A stretch of DNA of 64,000 nt, from contig QPMI01000298.1 of NCBI GenBank assembly GCA_004431415.1, positions 1 through 64,000 on the forward strand, written 5' to 3'. Shown here piece by piece: positions 46,712 to 58,100 of the stretch; position 1 is the first letter of the stretch; every line of letters begins with the position of its first letter. This stretch comes from Cyanophora paradoxa CCMP329 (Eukaryota > Plantae > Glaucophyta). The position numbers and the translations under genes were made by a program. The notes under the pieces are model-generated. The model was not told the origin of the DNA, did no database searches, and saw only the letters and a program-made list of their open reading frames with translations.

Positions 46712-48400
46712 TCAGTCAAGGCGACGATGGGGATCGAGGGGGTGCCCGGGCGCGGGGGGCGGGGCGACAGGAAGGGCGGGGCGGGGTGGGCGGCGGGGGC
46801 GGGGCCCGGGGTCAGGGGCGGCGTGCTGGTGCTCGGGGCGGGGCTCGAGGGCGGCGCGGAGGGCGCGCACGACGGCCGCCACGTCCACCGCCATCCCCGC
46901 GCTCAGGCGGCCCGCCCCGCCACCCCACCGCCACGTACCCCGCCCCAGCCCCGCCAGCAGGCTGCCCCCGCGCGTCAGACGCGCGCGCGGGGGCGGCGGC
47001 CGGGGCGGGCCTGTAGTGGGAGGGGATGGGCTCGCGGGCGGGGAGGAACTCGATGAAGGGGGCGTGGAGCGGGGCGAGGGCGGCGTTCGTGTTCCCCGCG
47101 CCGTGCGGGCCGAGCACCGCCCGCGCCGACCGGAAGAGCGCCAGCTGCGCGGCAAAGTCCTCCCCGCCCGCCTCGAACTCGACGAAGCGCTCCCGGGGGA
47201 AGGCCGCCCGCAGCGCCCCCATCAGCTCCCCGTGGTTCACCAGCACCCGCGCCCCCGCGCTCCGCCGCGTCACCACGATCGGCGGCGGCTCGGCGGGGGC
47301 CGGGCGCGGGGCGGGGCCGGCGGCGGCGAGGAGGGCGCGGCGGAGGGCGGCGGTGCGGGCGGGGAGAGGGGCGTAGCAGGAGGCCGGGGAGGCGAAGTAG
47401 AGGCGGCGGGCGCCGTAGAGGCCGCCGGGGCGGGCGGCGACGAGGCGCTCGCGGGGGAAGCCGAGGAGGGCCAGGCTCTCGAGCTGGAAGGGGAGCCCGT
47501 CCACCAGGATCCGCACCCCGGGGTCCCCCCGCAGCACCCGCTCCGCCACCAGCAGCCGCGGCAGCGCCTGCGCCAGCCAGTGGTAGTACGCCCCGCTGTA
47601 CCTGCCCCGCCCCGTCGGGCGCCGCGCGGCTGGCGGGGGCGGGGGCGGGGCGGACCGCTGGACGAGGACGAAGAGCTTGTCGAAGTAGCGGTACTCGCTG
47701 AACGAGCCGCCCGCCTCCCCGCAGCACCCGCAGTCCTCGTACACCACCCTGCACCGCCCCTCGCCGGGGCGCCCCTCGCCGGGGCGGGGCGGGGCGGGGC
47801 GGGGACCGGCGGCCGGCGCAGTCGGCGAAGCCGTCGTCGTACTGGAAGAAGCCGCCGGGGAGCACCGCCACGTACGCGGGGTTCGACACGTTCAGGCACA
47901 GCTGCGCCCCCGCCCCCGCCGCCGGGACGCGCCCCGCGGCGCCCGCCTCCCCGACCTCCGCCGGCACGAAGCGCTGCTTGAACCAGTCCGGCATCATCGA
48001 GTCGTAGAGGTCGCGCCCCTCGGCGTCCCGGGGCCGCTCCAGCCGCACCCGCCCGTCACAGGGCGCGTGGTCCAGCGCCGGCTCGCGGTGGATCTCCACC
48101 CCAGGCTCCCGCATCAGATCTTCGAGACTCACGTCCCGCAGCTCCCGCGAGAGCAGCATGCTGATGCGGTCCGCCGTGTGCAGGCCGCGCAGCAGCTCAG
48201 GGTCCCCATCGAGCGCGCACGGGACGGTGTCGCTGTACACCTCGGGCAGGCTGAGGAGACCCGCGGAAGACGCGCCGAGGTGGTCATCCGGCGTATCTGC
48301 GCCGAAGCCGGCCTCGCCGAGCGCCGCAGCCAAGCCCGCGACGAGCAGGACCGCCGCGGCGAGGCGGCCGGCACTGTGCCGGCCGCCTCGCCGAGCGCCG
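46712..48400 (-). CDS. Glycosyltransferase family 61 (DUF563) protein with hydrophobic N-terminal anchor; start not resolved
   Basis: YYHWLAQALPRLL, RVLVNHGEL, FAAQLALFRSARAVLGPHGAGNTN, FIEFLP; N-terminal LAAAVLLVAGLAAAL. Confidence 0.85.
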
Positions 48401-48783
48401 CGCAGCTGCGTGCTTCCGATCGTGCTATTCCGGCGGGCGGGTTCGGAATTCTGACGCGAAGCGTCGGAAGCGCTCCGAAACGCCTCGGAAGCGCCGAAGC
48501 GGCTTTAGCGGGGTAGGCGAATTTAGAATCCACAGTGCATGCAACCTGGCCTTCTCGGGCCTCCTGCAGCCTGCAGTTGAAAAGAAACGGCGCAAGAGGC
48601 AAAGATAAGCCGCTAAGAGGCAGTTTTGAGCTTTGCGGGTGGACATGTTGCTTCTGGCTTCGAAGCCCGCCCTAGGTCCAGCAGAAGCATAGCACAGCCA
48701 AAGAATTGCCGAAGTCATCAGGTCCCAGCAGACAGGAAGCCGGCTGTGATTGCCAGCGGGGCCGCGGGGCCGTCATCGCTCCC

Positions 48784-50487
48784 ATGGCGCAGCTTCATGG
48801 CGGAAACGCCTCGTTCATGCGACGGGAGCTTGCGTCAGGGGAGAGAAGCAGGAGAGATGCGCCGCTGGCTTCCACTTCGCACAGCCAGAGAAGAATGCGG
48901 GACCTGCTCTCGGCGGACTTGCCGAGCGGGCGCACCGGCTCTCCTTTCAGGTCAGGGTCGGCCACCAGCGGCTCTGGCATCCGGCCCCGCTCGGAGTCCC
49001 ACGGCAGCGGGGTGAGCGAATCCCATGTGCTCTGCTCGGGGCCTCTTCGATCGTTCAGAGAGCGGGCCCCTCGCTGTTACGGCTGACGCGTGGCGGGCAG
49101 GAGGAGCGGGGGCGGCGACCGAGCATCGCGGAGTCGAGCATGGCGGGGACGCCGTCGTGGGACGTGAGCGTGTCGGGGCGGGGGCCGATGCGTCTGCCCC
49201 GCATGGCCTCCATGCTTGCGCGGGAGGCGGACAAGGACGCGGCGGCGCTGATGGACAAGGGATGGCGGATGGCGGGGGAGGCGCAGGAGGCGGGGGAGGA
49301 GGAGCTGGCGGGGGCGATCCTGGTGGCCTTCGAGGCGGCGTGGACGGCGGTGCTGGCGGACGCCGGCCTGCTGCCCGAGGTGCAGGCCCCCGACGACGAG
49401 CCCCCCACGCCCTCCCTGCCCCCGAAGCGCACCGGCCTCGCCTCCATGTCCGCCCCCGCCCCGCCCCCGCCCCGGCGCCCCCCGGCGCCGACGGCGGGCC
49501 GCAGAGGGGAGGAGCACCCGCAGATCCTCCCCTCGCTGTGGGCCCCCAAGTCGACGCGCCGGCAGCCGATCTTCGGGCTCTCGGACCAGGAGCGGGAGCT
49601 CTTCAAGTGGGAGCAGGAGGCGTACAAGATGTTCATCGCCCGCGACCGCGCCGGCCGCCTCGCCACCCCCTGGGTCGACTTCGACAAGAAGATCGTCCGC
49701 AAGGCGCGTCCCCCCGCCCCGCCGCTCCCCTTGCGGGGGGCCGCTGCTTAGGGGCGGGGGCAGCTGCGGGCGCACGCGCTGCTGCCGGAGGCGGCGTCGC
49801 CGGCGCTGGCGCGCAAGAACTCCATCAACTTCGCCTCCCCCGGCGGCGCCGGCTCCGACGCCGACGGCGAGGGCCCGCCCCTGCGCCACTCCTCGTCGGG
49901 CCTCCTCCCCGCCCTCCCCGGCGGGCCCCGCAAGCCGGCCCTCTCCAACTCCCGCTCCGTCCCGGGCCTCCCGCCCCCCTCCTCCTGGTTCCTGCCCCGC
50001 GTGCGCCCCGCCCCCGCCCGCCCCGCCCCACCGGCCCGCCCCGCCCCGCCCTCTCCGACGCCAGGTCCGCAGGAGGAAGAGGAGGCGGGGGCGGGGAAGG
50101 CGTCGCTGCCGCCGCTGGGGGGGCCGGCGGGGGCGGGGAAGACGGGGCGGGGGATCGAGCTGGGGGGCTGGATGGCGCAGTTCGACGTGAACGGGGACGG
50201 GATCATCAGCGAGGCCGAGTTCGAGATGGCGATGGCGGCGCGGCGCGGGACGCACCGCAAGAGCACGGCCGGCGGCACCCGCGCCTCCCAGGCCGGCCAC
50301 CGCCCCAAGCCCCGCCAGCTCACCGTCCGCCCTCCCCCCGCCCCGCCCCGCCCCGCCCCCCGCGCCGCCCTTTAAGCCTGGGGAGCAGAGGATGGCCGTG
50401 CGGTCGGGCGCCGGCTGCACCTTCGTCAAGAAGCTCGTCCAGCCGGCATCCCAGCCCGTCTACAACAGCGTCCTCATCCGCCAGTGA
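48784..50487 (+). CDS. Hypothetical protein with a single EF-hand, multi-exon
   Basis: Canonical EF loop FDVNGDGIISEAEF; exons joined by GT/GC-AG introns; last exon ...PVYNSVLIRQ-TGA (50485-50487). Confidence 0.6.
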
Positions 50488-50824
50488 GGGGCGGCGGCGT
50501 CGCCCCGCGCCCCCGCCCCCAGTTTAACATACCCTTGCGAGTCTTATCTATATTTAAGTAGCTGCAGGGGCCCCCAGGTAGCTTAAAGTACGTAGCTAGA
50601 TAATTGACTCTAACATATGAAGAATGAGAGAGATATCGATAATCGTGTCCGCGGGGCGATGAGGGTGCGAAGGTTCAACGGTTTCGACTCTCGATTTGTG
50701 AAGTTCGATTTGGTTTGATTTTCAGTTTGCAAGGCTTTTGCAGTGCGCGCGGTGCCGGAAGCTAGAAGTTTAAATCTGTAGCGTGGTACTGCACTCGAGC
50801 TCCCCGCCAGTGAGTAGTACGGGG

Positions 50825-53362
50825 CTACGAGGAAGCGGGCTTGGCGGCCTTGGCTGCCGGCCCCTTGGCCTTGGCTGCCGCCCCCGCCGTCGCCTTCGGG
50901 GCCGGCGTCGCCGCCGCCTTCCCCGCGGCCCCCTTGGCCTTGCCGGCCGGCGTCGCTGCCGCGGCGGCCGCGGCGGCCGCCTTCGCCTTCCCCGCCCCCG
51001 CCGCAGGGGCCGCCTGGGTTGCCTGCGTGGGCGGGGCGGGGCCGGGGCGGGCGGGCGGGGGCCGGGGCGGAGAGGCGAGCGGCCATGCGCTGGTGGAGGC
51101 CGTCGGGCAGGTCCGAGAGGTCCGACTCCGCCCCGCTCCCCGCCCCCCCCTCCTCCTCCTCCTCCTCGCTCCCCTCCTCCGCCTTCGCCGCCGCCGCCGA
51201 GGAGGAGGTGGAGGCCCTGCGGGGCGGTCAGCGGGGGAGCGGGGGCGGCGAGCGGGGCCGGCTGGCCTCGGGCGCCCGCGCGCATGGTGGCGATGGCGGC
51301 CTGCGGGGAGCGGGTGAGGCGGGAGGGGCGGGGAGGCCTGCGGGGGGCGGGCCTTCTTGGCCGCCTCCGCCGACTCCGCGTCCGTCTCCTCCCGCTCTCC
51401 GACTCCGACCCGCCCCGCCCCGCCTTGCCCCAGCCGCCCCTTCCCCGCGGGGCCCGCCTTGCCCCGCCCCGCCCCGCCTTCGCTCCCCTGCGCGCGGCAC
51501 CGTCTGCGGGGGCGCCCCGTGCGCGGCGAGGGCCCGCGCACGCTGCTGCTGCCGCCGGGCCGGCCTCGCCCGCGCCGCCGGCTTCGGCGCCTCCTCCTCC
51601 TCTTCATCCTCCTCCTCCTCGCTCGACTCCGCGGCCGCCGCGGCCGCGGGGCGGGCCGCGCCAGGTCGCCTTCTTCGCAGAGGCGGTGCGAGCGCTGCGG
51701 GGCCGTTCAGGGGCGGCGGGGAGGGATGGGGGCGGGCGGGGCTGCACGGGGGGCGGGGGCGGGGCGGGGCCTCCTCGTCGCTCGTGGCCGGCACCTCCTC
51801 GTCGTCGTCCACCGACGGCGACGCCAGCCGCCCGGCCCCGCCTTCCCCTTCCCCGACCCCTTCCCCGCTCCCGCCGACGTCGCCGCCGCAGCCGCCGCCT
51901 TCGCGCCCGCTGCCGCCGCCCCCTTCTTCGCGGCGGCCGCCGGCGCCGCTGCGGGCGCCTCCTCGTCCTCCTCGTCCTCCTCGTCCTCATCCGACTCGGG
52001 GGCCTTGGGGGCGGGGATGAGGGCCGCGGCCCTCGCCCTGCGCGGCACTGTTGGCGGCGGCGGGGCGGGCATCGCGGGGCGCGGCGCAGCGCACGGGGCC
52101 GCCCGCAGCATCGGCTTCTTCGCAGGAGGCGCCTCCTCCCCCTCCTCTTCCTCCTCCCCCCCCTCCTCGTCTTCAGCCTCGTCCGAGGACGACTCGACCA
52201 TCGGGGCGGGGGCCGGGGCGGTGGCCAAGGCCGGCGGCTTGGCGGCGGCGGCCTTGGCGGCGCGCTGCAGGGCGGCCGCCGCAGCCGCCTCCCGCGGCGT
52301 CTTCGGCGTGTTCTTCGCCGCCGCCGCCGCCGCCGCCGGCGCGGCCGGTGCCTCCTCCTCCTCCTCCTCTTCCTCGCTCGACACGTTGCCGGCGGCGGCG
52401 GCAGCGGGGTTCGCCGCCCGCGCCGCGCCGTTCGCCTTGGCCCCCGCTGCCGGTGCGGCGGGGGCAGCCGCCTTCGCCGACCCCGCCGCGCCCCGCCCTC
52501 GCTTCGCCGGCGCCGCTTCCTCCTCCTCTTCGCTCGACGCCTCTGCGTTCTTACCCTTCGGTTGTGCCGCCGCTGCCGCTGCCGCTGCCGCCGCCGCCTC
52601 CGCGGCCCGGGCCCGCTCTGCGCGCTCCGCGTTGGTCGGCCGCCCGCGCTTCTTTGTCGCCGGCGTCGCCCCCGCCGGCGCCGGCGGCGAGGGCGCGGAG
52701 ATGCGGGCGGGGCCGGCGGCGGGGGTGGCGGCGGCGGGCGAGGGGGCGGCCTGGGGGGACTCCGGGGCGGGGGCGCGGGACTTGCGCTCCTTGGGCTGCC
52801 GCCGCTCCTTCTCCCTCTCCTTCTTCTGGTTGAGGATGGCCGCCGTCTGGTGCGGCTCCGCCTCCTTCAGCACGAACTGGTCCCGGTTCGAGAAGGCCGC
52901 CCTGCACCCGCCCCGCCCCCTCGGCGTTCGCCCGGCGCGCTGCCAGCGCGGCGCGCGCGTACCCGACGAGGACCGCCTGCATTAATGGGAATAGGTCGGC
53001 GCCCACTTTCAGGTAACACACGAGCTTGTTCTTCGCCGCCGGGGGCAGCTCCAGCCCGGTCGCCCACCTGCGCACGAGCGAATTCGCACACGTTGAGCGC
53101 TCAGGGCCGCATATCGGCCGCGGGGCGGCGCCCGGGGGCAAGGCAGCTACCGGTAGCACATCCTGCGCGGAATCGCGATCAGTCGCGCGCCGAGCGCCAG
53201 GGGCGGGCTAGCGTCGAGGCTGGAGGCGAGCTGCGCACCTGCTCTTGTTAATGAGCTCCGCGACTGTCGAATTCTGCGGAACGAAGCGTCACGACAGCAA
53301 CGGCCAAGGGGGGTCCATCGGTACCCGATCGCAGTTCGCAATAGTGAAACGATGCTCTCCAT
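50825..53362 (-). CDS. Low-complexity Ala/Lys/Pro-rich protein with repeated Ser-acidic patches and an AT-hook-like motif (nuclear/nucleolar-like); start uncertain
   Basis: KKRGRP; alternating SSEEEEE/ESDEDEEDEED blocks and KAAAAK tracts; H1-like tail KAKGAAGKAAATPAPKATAGAAAKAK. Confidence 0.6.
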
Positions 53363-53706
53363 ACTGCCCCAGCAGCAGCAGCTGGTCCGGCGTCGTCATC
53401 TCGAGACGAGGACGGAAAAAAAGTCAGGCGGGTACGCAGTCGAACGGGGCTCCACTCGCCGACCGAGCTACGCCGTGCTCGTACGCGCCTCAGGCGCAAC
53501 GTGCGACGCCTCAGGCGCAACGTTCGACGTGCGACCTTCCCGGTCGCTGCGTTCTGACGTGAAACGTCGCGAAGTCGAATACACATGGCGCCGGCGCGCC
53601 CCTCAGGCTCCAGCAACGCGCGCAGCGAAGCTTCGAGCCCGCAGTCGCGTTTTGCGGAGCAGACAAACCAGCTGCAGGAGATCGCAGGCAAAAAGAAAAC
53701 GTCACG

Positions 53707-54966
53707 ATGGGCTCCAGCTGCAGTGCGCCGCAGGAGTCGTACTTCAGTGACCGCTGGGTGCTCGTGACGGGCGCGAGCCGAGGCCTGGGTCGCGCCCTCG
53801 CCGTCGAGCTGGCCCGCCGTGGCGCGCACCTCGCTCTCTGGGCGCGCTCGGTGCCGGAGTTGCAGGAGGCGGCGCGGGAGGTGCAGGCGGCGGCGCCGGG
53901 GTCGCACTGCGTCGTGCAGCAGGTCGACGTCGCGGTCCGCGATGAGGTGCGCGCGAGGCGAAGCCGCTGCTGCACCTCGCGCTCGCGGCCGACAATCGAC
54001 GCGCGCGGGCAGGTGTACCGCGCGGCGGAGAGGCTGCAGCGGGCGGTGCGTGAGCGCGGTGGCGAGCGAGTGGAGATCGTCTTCTCCAACGCCGGCGTGG
54101 TCAGCGGGCGGCCCTTCCTCGAGACCCCCGACGAGGCCATCACCAGGTGCGCTGGCGCGCCGAGCCGCGAGGCGCCCGCCCTGCCGGCCAGCGAGCGAGC
54201 GCCGGGGCCTCGCGCAGGACGTTTGCGGTGAACGCGTTGGGGAACGTGTGGCTGGCGAAGGCGTTCCTGCCGGCGTGGCGGGAGGCCGGGGAGGGCCACC
54301 TGGTGACGGTCTCGTCGGCGGCGGGGCTCGTGGGGGTGGCCGGCCTCGCGGACTACTGCGCCTCGAAGGCGGCGGCGCTGGCCTTCAACGACGCGCTGCG
54401 GATGGAGCTCGCGGGGGCCGGCCTCCCCGGCGTGCGCGTCACCTCCGTCTGCCCCTTCTTCATCCGCACGGCCCTCTTCGCCGGCGTCGAGCAGCGCAAC
54501 CCGCTCCTCCCCGTCCTCTCCGTCGACGAGGCGCGTCGCCCCGCCCAACCCCTACCCCCCCGCCCCTCTGAGGAGGGGGCGGGGGCAGGTGGTGGAGGGG
54601 ACGCTGGGGGCGCTGGAGGAGGACCCGGGGGCGAGGACGGTGGCGATGCCGTGGGCGGTGAAGACGGCGCCCCTCTTCGCCCTCCTCGACCTCCTCCGCC
54701 TCCCGCGCCTCCACGCCCTCGCCTACGACTTCCTCGCCGTCGGCCACTACATGAAGGGCTTCCACGGCCGCTCCCTCCTCGCCGACACCCCGCCCCCTCC
54801 CGCCCCCGCCGCCCCCGCCCCCACCGGCGGCTTCGGGGCGCGCAAGCCCTCGGCGGGGGCCCCGCGGCGGCGCCCCTCGGGGGTGCGGCGCGTCTCCCTG
54901 GGCCCCGGGGCCCCCGGCTCCGGCGCCCGCACCGCCAGCCGCGCCCCTGCCCTCCTCGCCTGCTAG
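53707..54966 (+). CDS. Classical short-chain dehydrogenase/reductase (RDH10/SDR16C-like), 4 exons
   Basis: VLVTGASRGLG, NAGVVSG, KAFLP, VTVSSAAG, DYCASK, VCPFFIRTALF. Confidence 0.92.
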
Positions 54967-55118
54967 CCCCTCGCCTCCCCCGCCCCCCGCCCCTCCCCCT
55001 CGCCCTCCAGCTCCCCGCCCCCCTGTTCATGTGGACCGTAGCGCTACTTCAAAAACACTGCATGGAAAGGAAGGGGAGGAGAAAGGAAAGTGGGCGGGGG
55101 CGGGGCTAGGGGGCGGGG

Positions 55119-58100
55119 CTAGGGGGCGCCGAGCTGCTGCTTGAGAGCGGCGAGCTCCTTGCGGAGGCCCTCGACGTGCCCCTCCAGGTTCATCTTCTGC
55201 ATCAGCGTCTCCTGCGCCCCGCCCCCGTCAGCTCGAGGCCCCGCCGGCCCGCTCGGGGCCGGGGGCGGGCCTGCAGGAGGAGCTCCATCTTGCGGTGGGC
55301 CTGCTCCTGCACCGACTCGGCGCCCTTGCGGCCGAAGAGGCCGGGGCCCTTGCCCGAGTTCTTCCCCGCCGCCTTGCCCATGGCGGCCTGCGGGGCGAGG
55401 TCGCCGATCTGGAGGCCCGTCTCCTCCGCCCGCTCCATGTACATCCGGATGATCGCGTCCTTCTTCTCCATCTGGCCCCGCCCCACCCCTCAGCGCCCCC
55501 AGCGCCACGCCCCGCGCCGCCCCGCGCGCCTGGCTCTGCAGCACGCTGAGCTGCGTCCGCATCGAGTCGTTCTCCACCGTCAGCTTCGCCCTGCGCGCGG
55601 GGGACGGGCGTCGGGGGCGCGAGTCGGGGGGCGGGGGCAGCGGGGCGGACATCTTGCCGGCCATCTCCTCGCGCACGCCCGGCTTCATCGCCTGCCGCCC
55701 CCCGTCAGCGGCCCGGGGCGCGGGGCGGGGCGCGGGGTCGGGGCGGGGCGCACGGGGCCCTGTGGGGTGGATGGGGCGGCGCGGGGCGGCCGCTCCTCCT
55801 CCACGGAGCGCCGCGGCGAGTCCCGCCCCGGGGCCCCCGCCCCGGGCCCCACCGGCCCCGAGCCCGAGCGGTGCACCCCGCCCCCGCTCCCCGCCGACGC
55901 CACCGCCCCCCGCTGCCCCTCGCCTCCCGCTCCCGCGCCAGCTCCCGCTGCATCTCCTTCAGCTGCCCGCCCCGCCGTCAGCGCGCCTCCTTCTGCCGGC
56001 GGCTGCGGGGAGGAGCGGGCGGGGGCGGGGCGGGGCGGACCCGCTGGGCGGCCTGGCGCTCCTTGGCGCGGGCGGCGGTCTCGGCCTCCTCGAGGCGCTC
56101 CTCGAGGCCGTGCCGCGCCGCCTCCGCCGCCTCCAGCGCCCCCGCGCCGCCCCCAGCTCCCCCTCCAGCTCCCCCGCCCGCCGCTCCGCCTCCACACGCC
56201 CCCGCTCTCCTCCCGCAGCCGGCCCTCCAGCGCCTCCCCGGCCGCGCGCGCCGCCGCCAGCTCCGCCCCGCGCGCCGCGAGCGCCTCTCGGGCCTGCGCC
56301 AGCTCGCCCCCGAGGGAGGCGGTGCGGGCCTCCAGCTCCGCCCCGCGCTTCCGCGCCGCCGCGAGCTCGCTCGTCCGCTGCACCAGCTCCTGCGAAGCGC
56401 TCAGCGGGGGCGGGTGGGGCGGGAGGGGCGAGGGCGGGGCGGGCGGACGGCGTCGCGTTTGGCGAGGGAGGAGCGGGTGGCGGCGAGCTCCGAGGCGAGC
56501 TGGCTCGCCTGCTCCCCCAGCGACCCCGTCTGCACCCCGCCCGAGGCTCAGCGACGACGTGAGCGGGGAGGGGGCGGGGCGGACGCGGCGGCGGAGGTCG
56601 GCGATGGTGGTGTCGGCGTCGGCGGCGCGCTGGCGGCCGAGCTCGGCCTCGACGCGCGCGGCGGCGAGGTCGCCCTCGAGACCGCGCAGCACGCGCCCCG
56701 CCTCCTCCAGCTGCCGGCCCCGCTCCGCCGCCTCCGCCCCCGCCGCGTTCATCCGCGCCCGCGCCCCCTGCGCCGCCCGTGAGCGCCCCGCGGGGGCCAG
56801 CGGGGCGGGGCGCACGGAGAGGTCGGCCTCCAGGCGGCGGGCGGCGTCGGCGGCGGCGTCGCGCTCCCGCTCGAGGGCGGCGAGGCGGGCGGCCTGCTCG
56901 GCGCCCGTGGCGCGCAGCTTCTCCCGCCCCGCCCGCTCGAGCTCCGTGGAGCGCTCGAGGCGGCCCACCTCGTCCCGCAGCCGCGCCACCTCCCCCTGCC
57001 CCGCCCATGTCGGCCCCCGCCCCCGCGCCCCCGGCCCCCACCGAGCTCGACGGCGTCGGCGCACCTCGAGGGCGGCGGCCGCCTGGCGCACGCTCTCCGC
57101 AACGGCCTGCTGGGCCGAGGCCTCGGCGCGCGCCCGCCCGGCGTCCCGCTGCGCCTCCTCGCACCGCTCGTCCGCCGCCCGCAGCTCGCCCTGCGGCGGC
57201 GTCACGGTCGGCATCGGCCGGGCGCGGAGGGGCGGGTGGGGCAGCGGGGGCGGGGCGGTGCCTGGAGGGCGCCGAGGCGCTGGGAGGAGGAGCGGAGGTC
57301 GCCCTCGAGCTCGCGCACGCGGCCGCGCAGGTCCTCCGCCTCCGCCCGCGCCGCCGCCAGCTCGCCCCGCAGCCGCGCAGCCTCGCCCCGGCATGCTGGC
57401 CCTCCCCGCGCGCCCGCCCCAGCGCCGCCGCCAGCTCCCCCGCGCGCTCTCCGCCCGCGCCGCCTCCGCCCGCAGCGCCGCCGACGCCGCCAGCGCCTCC
57501 CGCAGCGCCTCCTCGAGCCGCCGCCGCGCCGCCGCCCACTCGGCCTGCCCCCGCTCCAGCGCGCCCCGCGCCGCCTCCGCCTCCGCGCGCGCCGCGGCGG
57601 CGGCAGGGCCGGCGGCGGCGAGGCCGGCCTCCGCGTCGGCGGCGCGGCCGCGGAGGGCCTCGCACTCGCGGGCGAGGCCCTCGGCGCGCCCCGCGAAGTA
57701 CTCCCGCGCCCGCTCCGCCTCCCGCAGCCGCCCGGCCGCCAGCTGCGCCTCCCGCCGCGCCCCCGCCGCCTCCCTAACCGCCCCTCCGCCTCCTGCCTCC
57801 GCGTCAGGCGGCCGGCGGTTACCAGGGCGAACGCGAGCGGCGGCGCACGGCGCGGCGGGCGGCAAGGGCCTGCTCCAGCTCAGCGCGCTCGGAGGCGGTG
57901 CGGCGGGCGGCGGCGGCGGCGCGGTCCCGCTCGGCGGAGGCTGCAGCGAAGGCCGCAACGAGCTCTGCCTGCGCCCGCTCCCACTTGGCCCGCCACTCCG
58001 TGACCTCCCGCTCGACGCCCGCAGCAGACCCCGCCGCGCCCCTCGCCGCAGCCAGCCCCTGCGTTCAATAACCGTAAGCAAACCGCCAGTGATCTACAGA

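Noticed and set aside
46880-46960. Apparent local frameshifts in G/C runs (GT61 last exon; also RMI1 linker and USP around 25790-25850)
   Set aside because: They fall in or near homopolymer runs in otherwise intact genes; sequencing error or unresolved splicing is more likely than programmed frameshifting or pseudogenisation.
50530-50800. AT-richer segment checked for a tRNA or snRNA
   Set aside because: No cloverleaf or box motifs found; consistent with 3' UTR/terminator DNA between convergent genes.
53486-53530. 21-bp tandem duplication (GCCTCAGGCGCAACGT core x2) in a divergent promoter gap
   Set aside because: Only two copies and no recurrence noticed elsewhere in the window; a regulatory role cannot be supported.
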